Positions 21,810 to 34,173 of a DNA stretch of 64,000 nucleotides are shown here, piece after piece. Within the stretch, counting starts at the first letter, position 1, and each line of letters starts with the position of its first letter. The translations under genes were made by a program, and so were the position numbers. The notes under the pieces are model-generated. The model saw only the letters and a list, made by a program, of their open reading frames with translations, was not told where the DNA came from and made no database searches. The stretch is from assembly GCF_016432865.1 (NCBI RefSeq), contig NC_067403.1:252340001-252404000 (forward strand), given 5' to 3'. The stretch comes from Antechinus flavipes. Taxonomy: Eukaryota.

Positions 21810-23189
21810 AGCCCCTTTTCAAAAGTCCAAGGGATGGCTGCATGGTGGTCTCCTCAGGGCCCGGGGGCTGGTTTGTCAATAGGGGTCCGGGACGTAGCTG
21901 GGATTTGCACTAAGTCTGCTCCACAGTAGCTCTCACTGCAGTCGTCTGGGCTTTCTGGATGGTCTTCCTGCCTCAGTCGCCTCCATCTTCTGCATGCTGG
22001 GGCGGTACTAAGTCATGGTCTGAGGATGATGAGGGGTATACTGACCATCATATTTATAAAGTGCTCTGGTCCCACAGCAGGGTCTTTTACAGAGAAAGGA
22101 ACTAAGGCCCTGGGGAAGAGGCGATAGTGACTCAAGTAGCTTCAAAACTAGTCTCAGGTCCCAGTCCGAACTCCTTCCATGATTCCCCAAGGAAGCATGT
22201 TACTCCTGCCCAAAGGAGATCCCTGAGTGTCCCCCTTAATTACTGATGCCTTCAAGATAGAACTCTTTTGTCCATCCCTCTTCAAGCAGCTGTGCTCACC
22301 TCAACCACAAATACACCAATTTCCTGCTAGTACAATGAAGAGATCTGAGTCCCAAGAGACCCGAGTTCTTAATTCTCTACTGTTCAGTGAAGGGGCTAAA
22401 CTAGCTCTCCATGGTCTTTTCCAGTTCAAATTCTATGCTTCTTATTCCCTCACATGAAATAACAACAATGCTTCCAAAGCTCTTTAAGAAATGCAAAACA
22501 CTTTATATGATTAATTCTTTAAGAGAAAAGATATAGGTATATATGTATGTGGGAAGTATAGACATATATATACATAAATATATGTATATTTGTTTATATG
22601 TATACATAAATATATCTTTTCTTTATAGCTTGCTTGGGGGCAAAGGGGATGAAAGGGGGGAAAGAATAAAGTAAATAATCTGAGCAGCACAGAAAAAAAA
22701 AAAGAACAGCTTACAAGGAAATAAAGAAAAATAGGCATTCATCAATATAATTTTTTCTACATAATATATATATATATGTATGTATGTATGTTCTTGAGCT
22801 GGTAATTTGTTGGTTTTGAATCCTCCCTAATGTTCTGCTGGGAACATGACAATGTTTTGTTTTGTTTTGTTTTCTATTCCTTTTCTATTCTTTTTTTTTT
22901 CTTATTCTGTTTACTTGTTTTATTATAAAGAAAAAAGATTAATCCTTGAACTTCATTATACCTTCCTGTAAAATAAATAGAATCTCACTGGCAAGATTAT
23001 CTCCATTCTGCAGATTAGAAAATCATCACCCAGAGAGATAAGTTATTTCTTCCATGTCTTTAGAGTAAGAGATCAGAGTTGGATTTTGAACCCAAGACTT
23101 CCTCCCTACAAGACCTAAATGCCCCATGATGCTTCAAAAGGCATTCTTCAAGTGGCGCAAGGAAGCAACCTGTTTGCTTTAGACTCTAC

Positions 23190-23410
23190 GCCAGGCAGCG
23201 AGGTAGCACCTAGACACAACTTCTTGACTCCTAATCCAGCTTCAGACACTTAGTAGCTGGGTGATCCTAGCCAAGTCATCTAACCCTGTGTGTCTCAGTT
23301 TCCTCGTCTGTAAAATGAGCTGAAGAAAGAAATGGCAAACCACTCCAGTGTCTTGCCAAGAAAACTCCCAAAAGGGGGCACAGAGACTCAGACATGACTG
23401 AAAAACCAAA
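23190..23410 (+). mobile_element. Mar1-family SINE
   Basis: tcagtttcctcgtctgtaaaatgagctgaagaaagaaatggcaaaccactccagtgtcttgccaagaaaac...cagacatgactgaa. Confidence 0.8.
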
Positions 23411-23809
23411 CATAGCAAGGAGCTGGGGACTTGGTGGCACTGTCTCTCCTATGTCCGAATATCTTTAAATGATCAATCAACAAAAGCACTATCCATTTCC
23501 AAATACAGCACGCCAAATCAGCCCATCCAGACAATATAAGGTCTTACCAGCTGTTGTCTTCCTCCCACAGAAGAACCAACTAACAAAAGCAGTCTTCCTA
23601 ACTCCATATTCAGCTGACACTAATTCTTGCCCTATTGGGGAAAAGATTATTTTCAAAGTTGCTGCAAAATCATCATGGAGTTGGGGAGTAGTCTTTCCGA
23701 GCTATTGCTCAACAAATGGAGTGAGGCTCATTTTGACAGGATTGTCTTCCCTTTTCTCAGGTTGGAGTTCCCAGTTTCCCCACTTTCTCTCTAGAATGGG
23801 GCAGTTTTT

Positions 23810-24670
23810 CCCCTTACAAAGGAAACACATTATACAAGTCATTCCCCAATTGATAAATGGTCAAAGGATATGAATAGTTTTCACATGACAAAATTAAAGC
23901 CATCTATACTCATATGAAAAAATGCTCTAAATCACTATTGATTAGAGAAATGAAAATCAAAACAACTCTGAGGTACCCCCTCACATCTCTCAGATTGACT
24001 AAGACGACAGGAAAAGATAATAATGAATATTGGAGGGGATGTGGGAAAACTGGGACACTAATGCATTGTTGGTGGAGCTGTGAAATGATCCAATCATTCT
24101 GGAAAGCGATTTGGAACCATGCCCAAAATGCTCTAAAACTGTGCATACCCTTTGATCCAGCAGTGTTCTTACTGACTTTGTATCCCAAAGAAATCATAAA
24201 GGAGAGAAAAAGATCCATATGGGCAAAAATGTTTGTTGCAGATCTTTATGTGGTAACAGAGAATTGGAAAAGGAGTGGATGTCCATCCATTGGGGATGGA
24301 ATATTATTATTCTATTTTAAAATGAACAAGCTGATTTTAGAAAGGTCTGGAAAGATTTACACAAACTGATGCTGCGAAAAACAGGCAGAATCAGGAATAC
24401 ACTGTATATAGTAACAGCAAAAATGTGTGTGATCAGCTGCGACAGACTTAGTTCTTCCCAATGGTTCAGTGATCCAAAGCAATCCCAATAGATTTTGGAC
24501 AGAAAATGCCATCGGCATCCAGAAAAAGAACTATGGAGGTTGAATGTAAATCAACACATGCTATACTCACTTTTTTTTCCCTGTTATTTTTTTTTCTCTC
24601 ATAGCTTTTTCCTTTTGTTCTGATTTTTCTCTCCCAATATGGTTCATAAAGAAATGTGTAGTTTAAAAGC
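23810..24670 (+). mobile_element. 5'-truncated L1: ORF2 C-terminal cysteine-rich domain and 3' UTR
   Basis: ORF 23914-24369 MKKCSKSLLIREMKIKTTLRY...CGKTGTLMHCWWSC...CIPFDPAV matches the L1 ORF2 C-terminus. Confidence 0.93.
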
Positions 24671-24674
24671 TTTA

Positions 24675-24716
24675 TGTGTATATATACATATATATATAAT
24701 ACATATACATATATAC

Positions 24717-24751
<35 letters not shown>

Positions 24752-24752
24752 C
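24675..24752. repeat. (TA)n/(TACA) microsatellite
   Basis: Direct reading. Confidence 0.9.
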
Positions 24753-24754
24753 AC

Positions 24755-25470
24755 CCATACCCTTTGATCTAGCAGTGTTTGTACTGGGTTTGTATCCCAA
24801 AGAGATCATAAAGGAGGGAAAGGGACCCACATGTGCAAAAATGTTTGTGGCAGCCCTTTCTGGAGTGGCCAGAAACTGGAAACTTGACGGGATGCCCAAC
24901 AGCTGGAGAACAGTTGAATAAGTTATGGCGTATGAATGTTATGGAATATTAATGTTTTACAAGAAAGGATGAGCAGGATGATTTCAGAAAGACCTAGGAA
25001 GACTTACAGGAAATGAAGCTAAGTTTACTGAGTGGAACCAGATCATTATGCATGGCAACAACAAGACTATACAACAAACAATTCTGATGGATGTGGCTCT
25101 TTTCAACAATGAGATGATTCAGGCCAGTTCCAATGATCTCGTGATGAAGAGAGCCATCTAAATCCAGAGAGGGACTGAAACTGACGGTGGACTACAACAT
25201 AACATTCTCACTCTTTTTGTTGTTTGCTTGCCTTTTATTTTCTTTCTCTTTTTTTTTTCCTTTTTGATCTGATATTTCTATGCAGCATGATGATTGTGGA
25301 AATATATATAGAAGAATTGCACATATTTAACATATATTGGATTACTTGCCATCTAGGGGAGAGAGTAGGGGGAGGAAGGGAAAAATTTAGAACACAAGAT
25401 TATGTAAGGGTGAATACTGAAAATTATTCATGTATATGTTTTGAAAATAAAAAACCTTAATAAAAAAGTT
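24755..25470 (+). mobile_element. Second L1 3' fragment in tandem
   Basis: Restarts at atacccttt gatctagcag (IPFDLA..GLYPKEII), continues through the 3' UTR to an A-rich tail. Confidence 0.88.
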
Positions 25471-25656
25471 AATACACATGTATAACCAGAAACAAATTAA
25501 CAAAAGAAAAAACAAAAGAAACACATTTCTAGAAGCTCCCTAGAGGCTATGATTTTTTCTGATTATTTTGATTATTATGATTATTTCTGCTGAAAATGCT
25601 CCAAGGTCTTTTTCCAGATTTTCCCCCAGAACAGGGTCATTTGAGTTGGAGTTGAT

Positions 25657-25682
25657 CACACACACACACACACACACACACA
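25657..25682. repeat. (CA)n microsatellite
   Basis: Direct reading. Confidence 0.95.
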
Positions 25683-25876
25683 CCAGGCACAACCAAAAAC
25701 TACTGTAAGAGCTGGAAGTTCTTCATACAACCCTTGGTATAAAAGGACAACACTTTAGCATTAATTCCATTCTAATTCTAATTCACATCCCAGATGCAGT
25801 CTTGGCCCTCAGAAGGGTAGCTAGCACTAACTGGATTTTTCCCCCGGTACAGAGCAGCATCCGGGGCCCCAAGACA

Positions 25877-26059
25877 ATGGCAGCTGCCGGAGAGAACTTT
25901 TACGTGGTTACTGGTGACAGCAAGGGCCTGGTGGTCCCTGAAGACCTGCTACACCAAGCAGAGACAGTCCTGGATCAGAAGCCGACACTGGAGATCCCTC
26001 ACTCTGGATCCCCCCTTAGAGGAACATGGAAGAAGTCAAGGCCCCTCATACAGCTGGGA
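25877..26059 (+). CDS. MS4A10: MS4A10 coding exon 1 (MAAAGENFYVV...RGTWKKSRPLIQLG)
   Basis: Branch-like ctaac and ttttcccccggtacag acceptor ending 25852, acaATGG context, GTAAGT donor at 26060; ends like human KKSSLLKELG; N-terminus divergent. Confidence 0.8.
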
Positions 26060-26419
26060 GTAAGTAATGTTTTCTTCTGGTGATGATTCCTGGGGGACTG
26101 TCCCATTCCTTGGGGAGTGACAGTAGTTAGTCCAGAAGTCAGAATGCTTGAGGGTTCTTAACCTGTGCTCCAGGAACCTGGCTTCAAAAAAACAGCTAAT
26201 CATGGTATTCTGTTCTAATTGGCTTTCTTTATCATCCCATATCTTTGATATTCATCATACCCAGCATATCATGTTATATAGAATATATATGATTATATAT
26301 AAAATATATCATTATATTATATATATATAAAACATAATGTTATATATATATAATTCTTAGAACAGATCAGTAGGTTTCAGCTGAAGGAAAGGAATCCTAA
26401 GAAAGGGTCAGCTGAGGGG

Positions 26420-26660
26420 AAGCCAAGAGCTATCTTCCAGTATTTCAGAGGGGGTCCCATGAAAGAGCACCCTCACCCCGCTTAGCCCCAGAAGGTAGTA
26501 CAGGTAGTACAGGAGGCAGATCTCGGCTTAAGGTGAAGACCAACCTCCCAAAATCAGAGCCGTCCAGTCTTGAGACAGCTGCCTCCAGCTGTCTCCAGCC
26601 ATCTTCCAAGGAGATTTAAAGACCCCTTCTCAACAAGAACTGGATGGGTTGGACGCAGGG
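26420..26660 (+). mobile_element. CR1/L3 3' fragment
   Basis: gctatcttccagtatttcagagg...caaaatcagagccgtccag...gctgcctcc resembles the L3 3' region. Confidence 0.55.
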
Positions 26661-26876
26661 CACGGAGGATTGGCAGAAGATCCAATCTGCTGTTCCTACT
26701 CAATGTGACTTGTTTCAATGAGCCAGTAGGAAGAGAAGAGTAAGGATCTCTGGGACCCCAGCACTTCCTCTCAGACAGGATTGCATCTTGCTATGTCTCA
26801 TAGTTATCGGCTCAGAAAGTGACTCCTTAGTCCCCTTGCAAACGGCCACGCTGACTGTCCCTTTCTTTGCCCCCAG

Positions 26877-26996
26877 GCCCTTCAGATCATGAACGCCTTC
26901 TTTCACATTTTCGTAGGAATCTACTTGACAACTGCTGTGAAAAATCTTCATCTGGTTGCGATAAAGTCCTGGTACCCATTCTGGGGAGGATGCTTA
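26877..26996 (+). CDS. MS4A10: MS4A10 coding exon 2 (ALQIMNAFFHIFVGIYLTTAVKNLHLVAIKSWYPFWGGCL)
   Basis: ctttctttgcccccag acceptor, GTGAGT donor; VKNLHLV.. KSWYPFWG is diagnostic of MS4A10 (human IVKNLHLVVLKSWYPFWGAAS). Confidence 0.95.
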
Positions 26997-27733
26997 GTGA
27001 GTGCTCTGGAGGGAAGGGCCAGCTGGCTGTTTCCTCTTCTGTAAAATGAAATAAGGGGGGAAATAGGTGGTAGTTATATCCTGTTATCTCTCTACTCCTG
27101 GGTCTGAGTGACCTGCGTGAAGAAGAGCAACCTGGGCTTCGATTTCATTATTTAATGTGAAAATTCCCTTCGTGGAGGTGGATCAGCAACTTTTTTGTAA
27201 TTTATAATTTTAGAGTGAACATGAATAGTGACTTGAAGTACCCAGGGATCACCCAGTAGCCTAGTCCTTGAATCATTTCACTGTGGAGCTTCACCTTGTT
27301 AAACTTTCATTCAATTATTATTAATACACTAGTTATTCTTAAATCTGCATCCTAGTGTTGCCAAGCAGACATCTTGCCCATGCTACCCCAAAAAAGAGTT
27401 ATACCATGGGAGAAATTGCAAGGCGAATGAACCATGGAGTCTTCTCTGGTGAATTCTGGGCAAATGCTGATTTATTTCCACTTCTACTAAAGGGGATCCC
27501 AACCATCACAAGTGACTAGATTTACAGAGGAGCAAAGAAAGAAGCAGAGCTCAAATTCAAATCCAGGGGGCTTTCCACTGGGGGCTTTCCCAGGTCTGGG
27601 GGATACATAGAGCCAATGGTAATACAGCCTTACGGCTGACGTGGCCCTGGGCTCTGTCCCTGGGGTGGAGAGGGACAAGTTCAGCCCTGCAATCTCTGAT
27701 GACTTCTCTTCTGATTTCCAATGTTGTCCACAG

Positions 27734-27784
27734 TTCTTCTGTTCAGGAACCTTATTGATCATTGTGGGAAGCCTCAGGAAGCTG
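27734..27784 (+). CDS. MS4A10: MS4A10 coding exon 3 (FFCSGTLLIIVGSLRKL)
   Basis: gtccacag acceptor, GTGAGT donor, phase 0, 51 nt; positional equivalent of human FLISGILAITMKTFSKTYL. Confidence 0.85.
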
Positions 27785-28667
27785 GTGAGTTCCTTCCCAG
27801 TCCTGGAGCGGTGGTGACGCTCAGAAAGGATTTCCAAAAAAGGATGAGTCCCAAGTGGCCACAGAGTACAGGAGGAGCTCCTCTATTTAGTCTGGCCCAG
27901 AAATTGTTTGGTTTGCTTCAGCTTTGACTCCTTCCTATGTCCAGTTCCCTAAAATGGGCAGAGTGGAAGGAGGCCAGAGGCTCCAGTCCACCAGACCACT
28001 GTCTGTCTTGCATGAGGAAAGTGCCCTGGGTAAAATCCTAAAGAATATGACCGGTCCCCTGGACATCTCAGGACCCGGCCTCCCCTGCCTGTGTCCTTGT
28101 GGAAAAGTGAGGGACTCAGCCCCCCCCTAAAGTCTGGGGCTTTTTGTCTTTATGGTCCTTGCATCAGGGCTCAGTCCTGGAGAGTCCCCCTAACAGAGGT
28201 GGTAAAGCAGGCTGGAGAGTGCACTCTTTTGGGGAGAGGGAAGGTGATTTCCATTTTTCTGCGGGGTCTCTGGGTAAATCCAAGCCCCGAGCAGGCCGTG
28301 TGCTCGTGAAGGGGTTCCGGTTTGCCGAACACCTCCCAAGGGACCCAAACTCATCTGGACCATCAATGAGCTGGCTAAGAGCACAGGGCCAGGAGTCAGT
28401 GAGCACAGAGCTTAGGGATGCTGAGACTTGCCCTCTTTCCCTCACCCATCACAGGAGCTCATCATCTTGGAAAGGGAGATTTCAGTAGCTGAGGATCTGA
28501 GTCTGAGGCTGTCGGGGCCGGCAGAGCTGGGAGAGACCTCAGGGATCTCTTGGCCCGACACTCTCCCTCTATCGACCAGGGAATAAGGGTCCGGGCAGGA
28601 CCTGGAGCAGAAGCCAAGGTCGGCCTCCGACTTCCTAACGTCGGCTCCCTTGATTTTTCCCCTGCAG

Positions 28668-28799
28668 AAGATCTTGACCATGACCGTGAGCGCCATTGAC
28701 TGTGTCTGCGCACTGTGTGGGATCTTTGTTTTCCTGAAGGATTTAGTTTGGGAATGTCCCTTTGACTTCCCCATCTGGAGGCCTTATCCCACCGCCACG
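28668..28799 (+). CDS. MS4A10: MS4A10 coding exon 4 (KILTMTVSAIDCVCALCGIFVFLKDLVWECPFDFPIWRPYPTAT)
   Basis: tttttcccctgcag acceptor, GTGAGT donor; matches human KDLFLESPFESPIWRMYPNST. Confidence 0.95.
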
Positions 28800-29566
28800 G
28801 TGAGTGCGCTCCCTCGGGAAATGGCAAATCCCCAGGTTTCTCGGCCGCCCCGGCACCCTCGGGAGCTCGGCTCAGTCCCCTGGCCGCGTGCTCCATCACC
28901 CTGTCTGTGACAGGTGTGTGACAACTTTGACAGTTCTAGATCTGACCACTGTGATAACCAGCAGCAAGATCCTTTGTCTCGTGAGCTCGGAATGAGTTTG
29001 GGGCTTCTGGGGAGCCCGTAGCCTGCATTAAACTGCCTCCACTTTCTAATCAATGAACACTCACAAACCAAGAGCAAAGCCATATAGGGGACCCCGAGTC
29101 CTTGACAAGGATGAGCCGGCAAGAAAAGATGTTCTGCTCCATGTCCCTTTGGGAGATTTCGCTAGAATTTGCTTAATTTTCCTTAGAAACGTTCCATGGA
29201 ACCAAAATAGGCAGGAAGAGTTTCTGCTTCTCTGCGTCCCTACCTCCCCGGGTGTAAGAGCGCTGAGTACGTCCTCCCTGTGTGACTGAACCCCTCCCGG
29301 GGTGGGTAGTAGCTGTACCACTGGCGTCCCGCAGACCCAGACTCTGCCTCTCAGAAAGGCGGGAACCCCAAGATGGGCTGGCCGTGTGATCCTGGCCACT
29401 TAGCTAGAAGAGAGGAGAGGAGGAGGGGCAAGTCACCTCCTTGCCTCAGTTTTTTTCCTCCAGGAAAGGGGGTGATGCCGGCCTCCACGAGATCGCTCTC
29501 GGAGTTATGGGGGGGCACTTGGGAGGTCCTTAGCAAGGAGAGCAAGGCTGCTGCTTCTCGTTGCAG

Positions 29567-29674
29567 GTGCACCTGCAGAGGCTTGAATTCGGATTGCTGA
29601 TCTGCACCAGCCTTGAGTTCATCACACTAATCTGCGCCATGTATTTGTTGTACAGGACGAACCTGTCGTCGGAG
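29567..29674 (+). CDS. MS4A10: MS4A10 coding exon 5 (VHLQRLEFGLLICTSLEFITLICAMYLLYRTNLSSE; TM4)
   Basis: cttctcgttgcag acceptor, GTGAGG donor; matches human VHIQRLELALLCFTVLEL. Confidence 0.93.
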
Positions 29675-29895
29675 GTGAGGGCCCCTGCAGCAGGATTCCA
29701 CCGGGGATGGGGGGTGGGACGTGGAGAGTTCGTGATGGGAAACTGCAGCCAAAAAGCCAGCGTGGGCTAAGGCTGTAAGGGGGGGCATCCTAGGGGCCCA
29801 GGGGGTAAGGAATGGGAAAGAGAGGCAGAAGAAGTGGATTCAAGTCCCACCTTAGACAACAACAATAATCATAACTAGCCCTGAAATAACAGTAA

Positions 29896-29969
29896 TGGGG
29901 CAGCTAGTTGGTGCAATGGATAGAGCACCAGCCCTGAAGTCAGGAGGACCTGCGTTCAAATCTGACCTC
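29896..29969 (+). mobile_element. tRNA-derived SINE head (WSINE1-like), cut by gap
   Basis: ggggcagctagttggtgcaatggatagagcaccagccctgaagtcaggaggacctgcgttcaaatc (A and B boxes). Confidence 0.8.
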
Positions 29970-30399
29970 NNNNNNNNNNNNNNNNNNNNNNNNNNNNNNN
30001 NNNNNNNNNNNNNNNNNNNNNNNNNNNNNNNNNNNNNNNNNNNNNNNNNNNNNNNNNNNNNNNNNNNNNNNNNNNNNNNNNNNNNNNNNNNNNNNNNNNN
30101 NNNNNNNNNNNNNNNNNNNNNNNNNNNNNNNNNNNNNNNNNNNNNNNNNNNNNNNNNNNNNNNNNNNNNNNNNNNNNNNNNNNNNNNNNNNNNNNNNNNN
30201 NNNNNNNNNNNNNNNNNNNNNNNNNNNNNNNNNNNNNNNNNNNNNNNNNNNNNNNNNNNNNNNNNNNNNNNNNNNNNNNNNNNNNNNNNNNNNNNNNNNN
30301 NNNNNNNNNNNNNNNNNNNNNNNNNNNNNNNNNNNNNNNNNNNNNNNNNNNNNNNNNNNNNNNNNNNNNNNNNNNNNNNNNNNNNNNNNNNNNNNNNNN
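29970..30399. other. Assembly gap (430 N)
   Basis: Run of N. Confidence 1.
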
Positions 30400-31692
30400 T
30401 AGAGTGCTCTAAGGTTAGATCTGTAATCCCGTTTAATTTACTGGCCATGTGACTCTAAACAAGTCACATATCCTGTCTGCCTCTGCTTCCTCATCTATAA
30501 AAGGAGAGGGGTCGATTCAGTGATCTCTGAATCAGTTTCTATGTTCTAGATCTATGATAACTTTGACAGTTCTAGATCTGATGAGTATGATAATTTCAGT
30601 TCTAGATCTATCCTACCTTGTCCCAAAAAGTCTAGAACTCCCCTTCCCTCAATACCATGACCCCAAAATCACTGATTACTTCGGTAGCCTTCTAGACAGC
30701 TGCTCTGGGTTCGAGTCTCATGTTTACTTTAGTGATGGAAGACTTGGCAGGAGATAATTGGGAGGAAGATGGAAGAATGGACATCTAACAAAGAAAGCCA
30801 CGGGGACAGAGACACTGACTCATAGACGCTTTCAGAGCTTGAAGAAACTCAGTGTCAGTAATTCCTAACATCACCTCGAGGGCTCCCTCCGGAGTAACTG
30901 TGGCCATCTGGTCCAGTTTCCTCATTTCACAAAGGAGAAAGCAGAGGCTCAGGGGACAGAAGATAAGGCTTCTTGCCCAGGATTAGGCTTCTCATCTGTG
31001 GCAGAATCTGAAGGAGAATTCTGTCCTCTTGAGGGAAGCACCACATAGTAGAAAGAAACCTCCATCTCTGGGCAGAGGACCTGAGTTGCAATTCTAGTTC
31101 TGCTATTTATTTATTACCTGTGGGGCCTTGAACCTCAGTTTCCTTTTCTACGTCATCAGTCCAATGTGTACCTGAACAAGAATCCCTTCTACAAGTTAGT
31201 TGTCTTAGCTAGTCTACTTAGTCTTCTTAGCTAGTTTACTTACTTAGCTAGTCTATTTAGTCTTCCTAGCTCGTCTATTTAGTCTACTCAGCTTGCCACT
31301 TAATCTATCTAGCTAGTCTACTTAGTTCATGTTTGCCAATTGGTTGATTGACTCAACATTTCAGTATCTGTTGGAAGACGTCTCGTGAGGGAGAATCCAC
31401 TTCCTCCCAGGACAAAACCCGTTCTACTATGGAATAGTTCTGGTTTTTAGAAAAACAAAGACTTGAGTTCAAATCCTTCCCTCTGAGACACATAATCTTG
31501 AGCAGTTCCCCCACTATCTCTGGGCCTCCGTTTCCTATTCTGTAAAAGGAGCGGTTGGACCAGCCGGCCTCGCCAGTACCACCAGCCCTAGATCATTGAT
31601 CTTCCATCCTCATCTGCTTTCTTCCCCTCCACGGCATCCCCACGCACGAATGGGGGCCGTGATTCACTGCCCTCGTCTCCTGTCTTCCTTAG

Positions 31693-31812
31693 ATGATGGC
31701 CAACTTCCCCATGGACATACGGCCCCCAGAGTACCCTGCTGAGCCGACTTCCCCTCCTCCAGCTTACGAAGAGGTGATTTTTGAAAACAAGACAGAAAAG
31801 GCAGACCCCTGA
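31693..31812 (+). CDS. MS4A10: MS4A10 last coding exon (MMANFPMDIRPPEYPAEPTSPPPAYEEVIFENKTEKADP*)
   Basis: tgtcttccttag acceptor; P.E..PPPxY..VI motif as in human PVEPPPSYQSVIQ; TGA at 31810-31812. Confidence 0.88.
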   Translation: MMANFPMDIRPPEYPAEPTSPPPAYEEVIFENKTEKADP

Positions 31813-32614
31813 CTGACCGCGGACAAGAGGCTGGCCCCACTCAGTGCCCCTTGTGTTTGTTGGTGAGGAAGCCCCATCCGAATAATGGGAGAAGCGGGAA
31901 GGATGGTAAAGAGTTTGAAGAGCTATGTAACTTAGTTTATTCCAAGTATAAACTCTAAGTCCTGGGCCCTGGCCCCAGAAGCCCAGCTGTCTCCTTCCAT
32001 CTCCTCACTTCTCCCCTTTGTTCTTTGGTTTTTTGGACCCTTGACTTCCCCATCTCGCTCCCCCCACCACGATGGATCCGGAAGCTTCAGTCTGCTCCAT
32101 TCCTGTCCTGGGTCATCCCCCCCTTCCCTAGTTAGGCTGCCCCCCTCCTCCTCCATCACGGGATGTGGTAAAGATGCCCGATCTGCTTTAGCTCAGAGCT
32201 GCCAAGTTCAGGAGATTCCCCAGCAGGAACGGAAGATGGAGGGGTACCCCCTCCCCCCGCTGTCCCCCTTTTCTGACTCTGGAGCAATACCGGGGACCCT
32301 AGCACCTCAGCTGCTACCATGGAGTGGGGGAGGGGGGACCCGGCCCATTTCTAATAGGGCTGGCTGCCAACCCTAGGAAACCTTCACGGCCCCAAGGTGC
32401 AAATTCCCCATAACAGGTATGAGAGGAGACAAAGTCTTCTTGGCATAAATAATAGCAAATCCAAGATAAAATGCTGGGGTTAGTTCCCTTGCCAAACTCC
32501 TTCTATCTCCCACCCCTCCATCCCATCAGGGTTTGGATGGAGAAGTCTCCAGAGCCTAGAACCTCAAACAATGAGCTTCTCTCCACGGGACTCTCTTGTC
32601 TTAAGGTTTCCCCC

Positions 32615-32620
32615 AATAAA
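32615..32620 (+). terminator. Candidate poly(A) signal for MS4A10
   Basis: First AATAAA noticed downstream of the stop (about 800 nt). Confidence 0.4.
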
Positions 32621-32689
32621 AGGGAGAAAATGGTGTCTCCTTTGGGCTTGGGCTTACAGAAGGACCTCTGAAGACCATATCCCCTAGAG

Positions 32690-32915
32690 AGTCAGTATTC
32701 CAGGAGAGGGCAGCCATGTTGATGAAAACCCTTGGTTCCATAGCAAAGGAAGAGGGAGGGGTTAAAGGACCAAAAGGATCCCAGCCTAGAGAAGACTCAA
32801 AGGTGGCTGTCTTCCAGTCTTTGAAGAACTACTGCAGAGAAGAAGAAATGGGCTAGTTTTGTTTGGCCTCCAAGGGCAGAACCAGAAGTAGAATCGCAAA
32901 GAAGCCCATGTGAGC
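32690..32915 (+). mobile_element. CR1/L3 fragment
   Basis: agcctagagaagactc...gctgtcttccagtctttgaag...tgtttggcctccaagggcagaaccagaag. Confidence 0.6.
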
Positions 32916-33851
32916 TTCATTTTTTTAACATTCATTTTTCAAATTTGGAGTTCCAAGCTCTCTCCCTTCTTCCAGTCCTTCGCTAACCCTTAAGAAGGCA
33001 AACAATAGCATAGCAATTACACATATAATCCATACAATACAAATTTTGGTTTTTAGAAAACTTTTCCATAACAATGAGAGTTATTTGGAAGTGGGGGGGG
33101 GGGGAAAGATCAGCTCTGGAAAGGGTCTTTAGTCCAAGCTCTCTCCTTTCATTGACACAGAAGATGACGACAAGAGAGACTGTCTTGGTTCACATGGCTA
33201 AGTCCTCCCCATGCCAGACCTTCTACTGTCTCCATTCACACAGTACCCAGATGACCCCACTGTCCTAGACCCTCTTGACCAGGGATTTATATAGTTCATC
33301 ACAAGATAAATATTTATTAAGCACTTGAGCACTGTGGGAGAAAGCCAGAGGTAAGAAATGAGATGAACGCTCTTCTTGAACAATTCAAAGTCCCTATAGG
33401 GAGAAAAGATACAAACACGACCCATTTTGCTTGGGGAAAGAATTAAATAGGAAAAGAAGAATATAAACAAGGAACATGGGAGTTTGAAATAGGCACCGGG
33501 GAGGATGCAGAGTGGGGACTGTTCCCCGAAGGATGGATGAGATTTGGAAAAGCTGAAGGCTGTAGGGCTGGAAGGGATCTTAGGAGTCACCCAGTCCAGC
33601 CTCCTCTTATTTGGCAACTGAGGCAAGGGGAAGAGGGACCTGTACAAGCTCCTATAGCTAGCAAAGGTCAGAGCCCCAATTATTAAGCCCAGTGCTAGGG
33701 AGGAGACGGAGTATTCACATATACATATAATGTTTCTCCTGAAAAGGAGGCAGGATTATTTGAGCAAGTCACTTGAATTCTCTGAAAATGATCAAAGAAA
33801 GAGGAAAAGGATTATTCATGTAAATAAAAATATTTATCGCAGCTCTTTTTG

Positions 33852-34173
33852 TTATAGAAAAGAACTGGAAACTATTGCACCAAAAGAAATAAGGAAAGTG
33901 GTGGTTTCAGAGAAACCTAGGAAGACATGCAAAAACTGATGTAGAGGGAAGTGAAAAGAACTTATGATAATATTGTAAAGACACTTTGAAAAAACTTAAG
34001 AATTCTCATCAATGCAGTTGCCAGCCACAATTTCAGTCACTGCAAGAAGCCTTTATGGGTTTTTGCAGACTGTACCAGTCAAGGGAACAGACAAACAGCT
34101 CTTTTAGCTTGTCCAAAATGACATCCTGGAACCCTTCATCAACCACTTCCCTTCCAGCATGTGGTCCTGGTTA
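33852..34173 (+). repeat. Copy 1 of a 320-bp local duplication (old L1 piece joined to unique sequence)
   Basis: Aligns end to end with 35164-35484. Confidence 0.9.

Noticed and set aside
23914-24369. 151-aa ORF as a host gene
   Set aside because: It is the L1 ORF2 C-terminus
28915-30612. Shared 24-mer aactttgacagttctagatctga at about 28923 and 30559
   Set aside because: Probably decayed SINE/L3 tail sequence; too short to interpret
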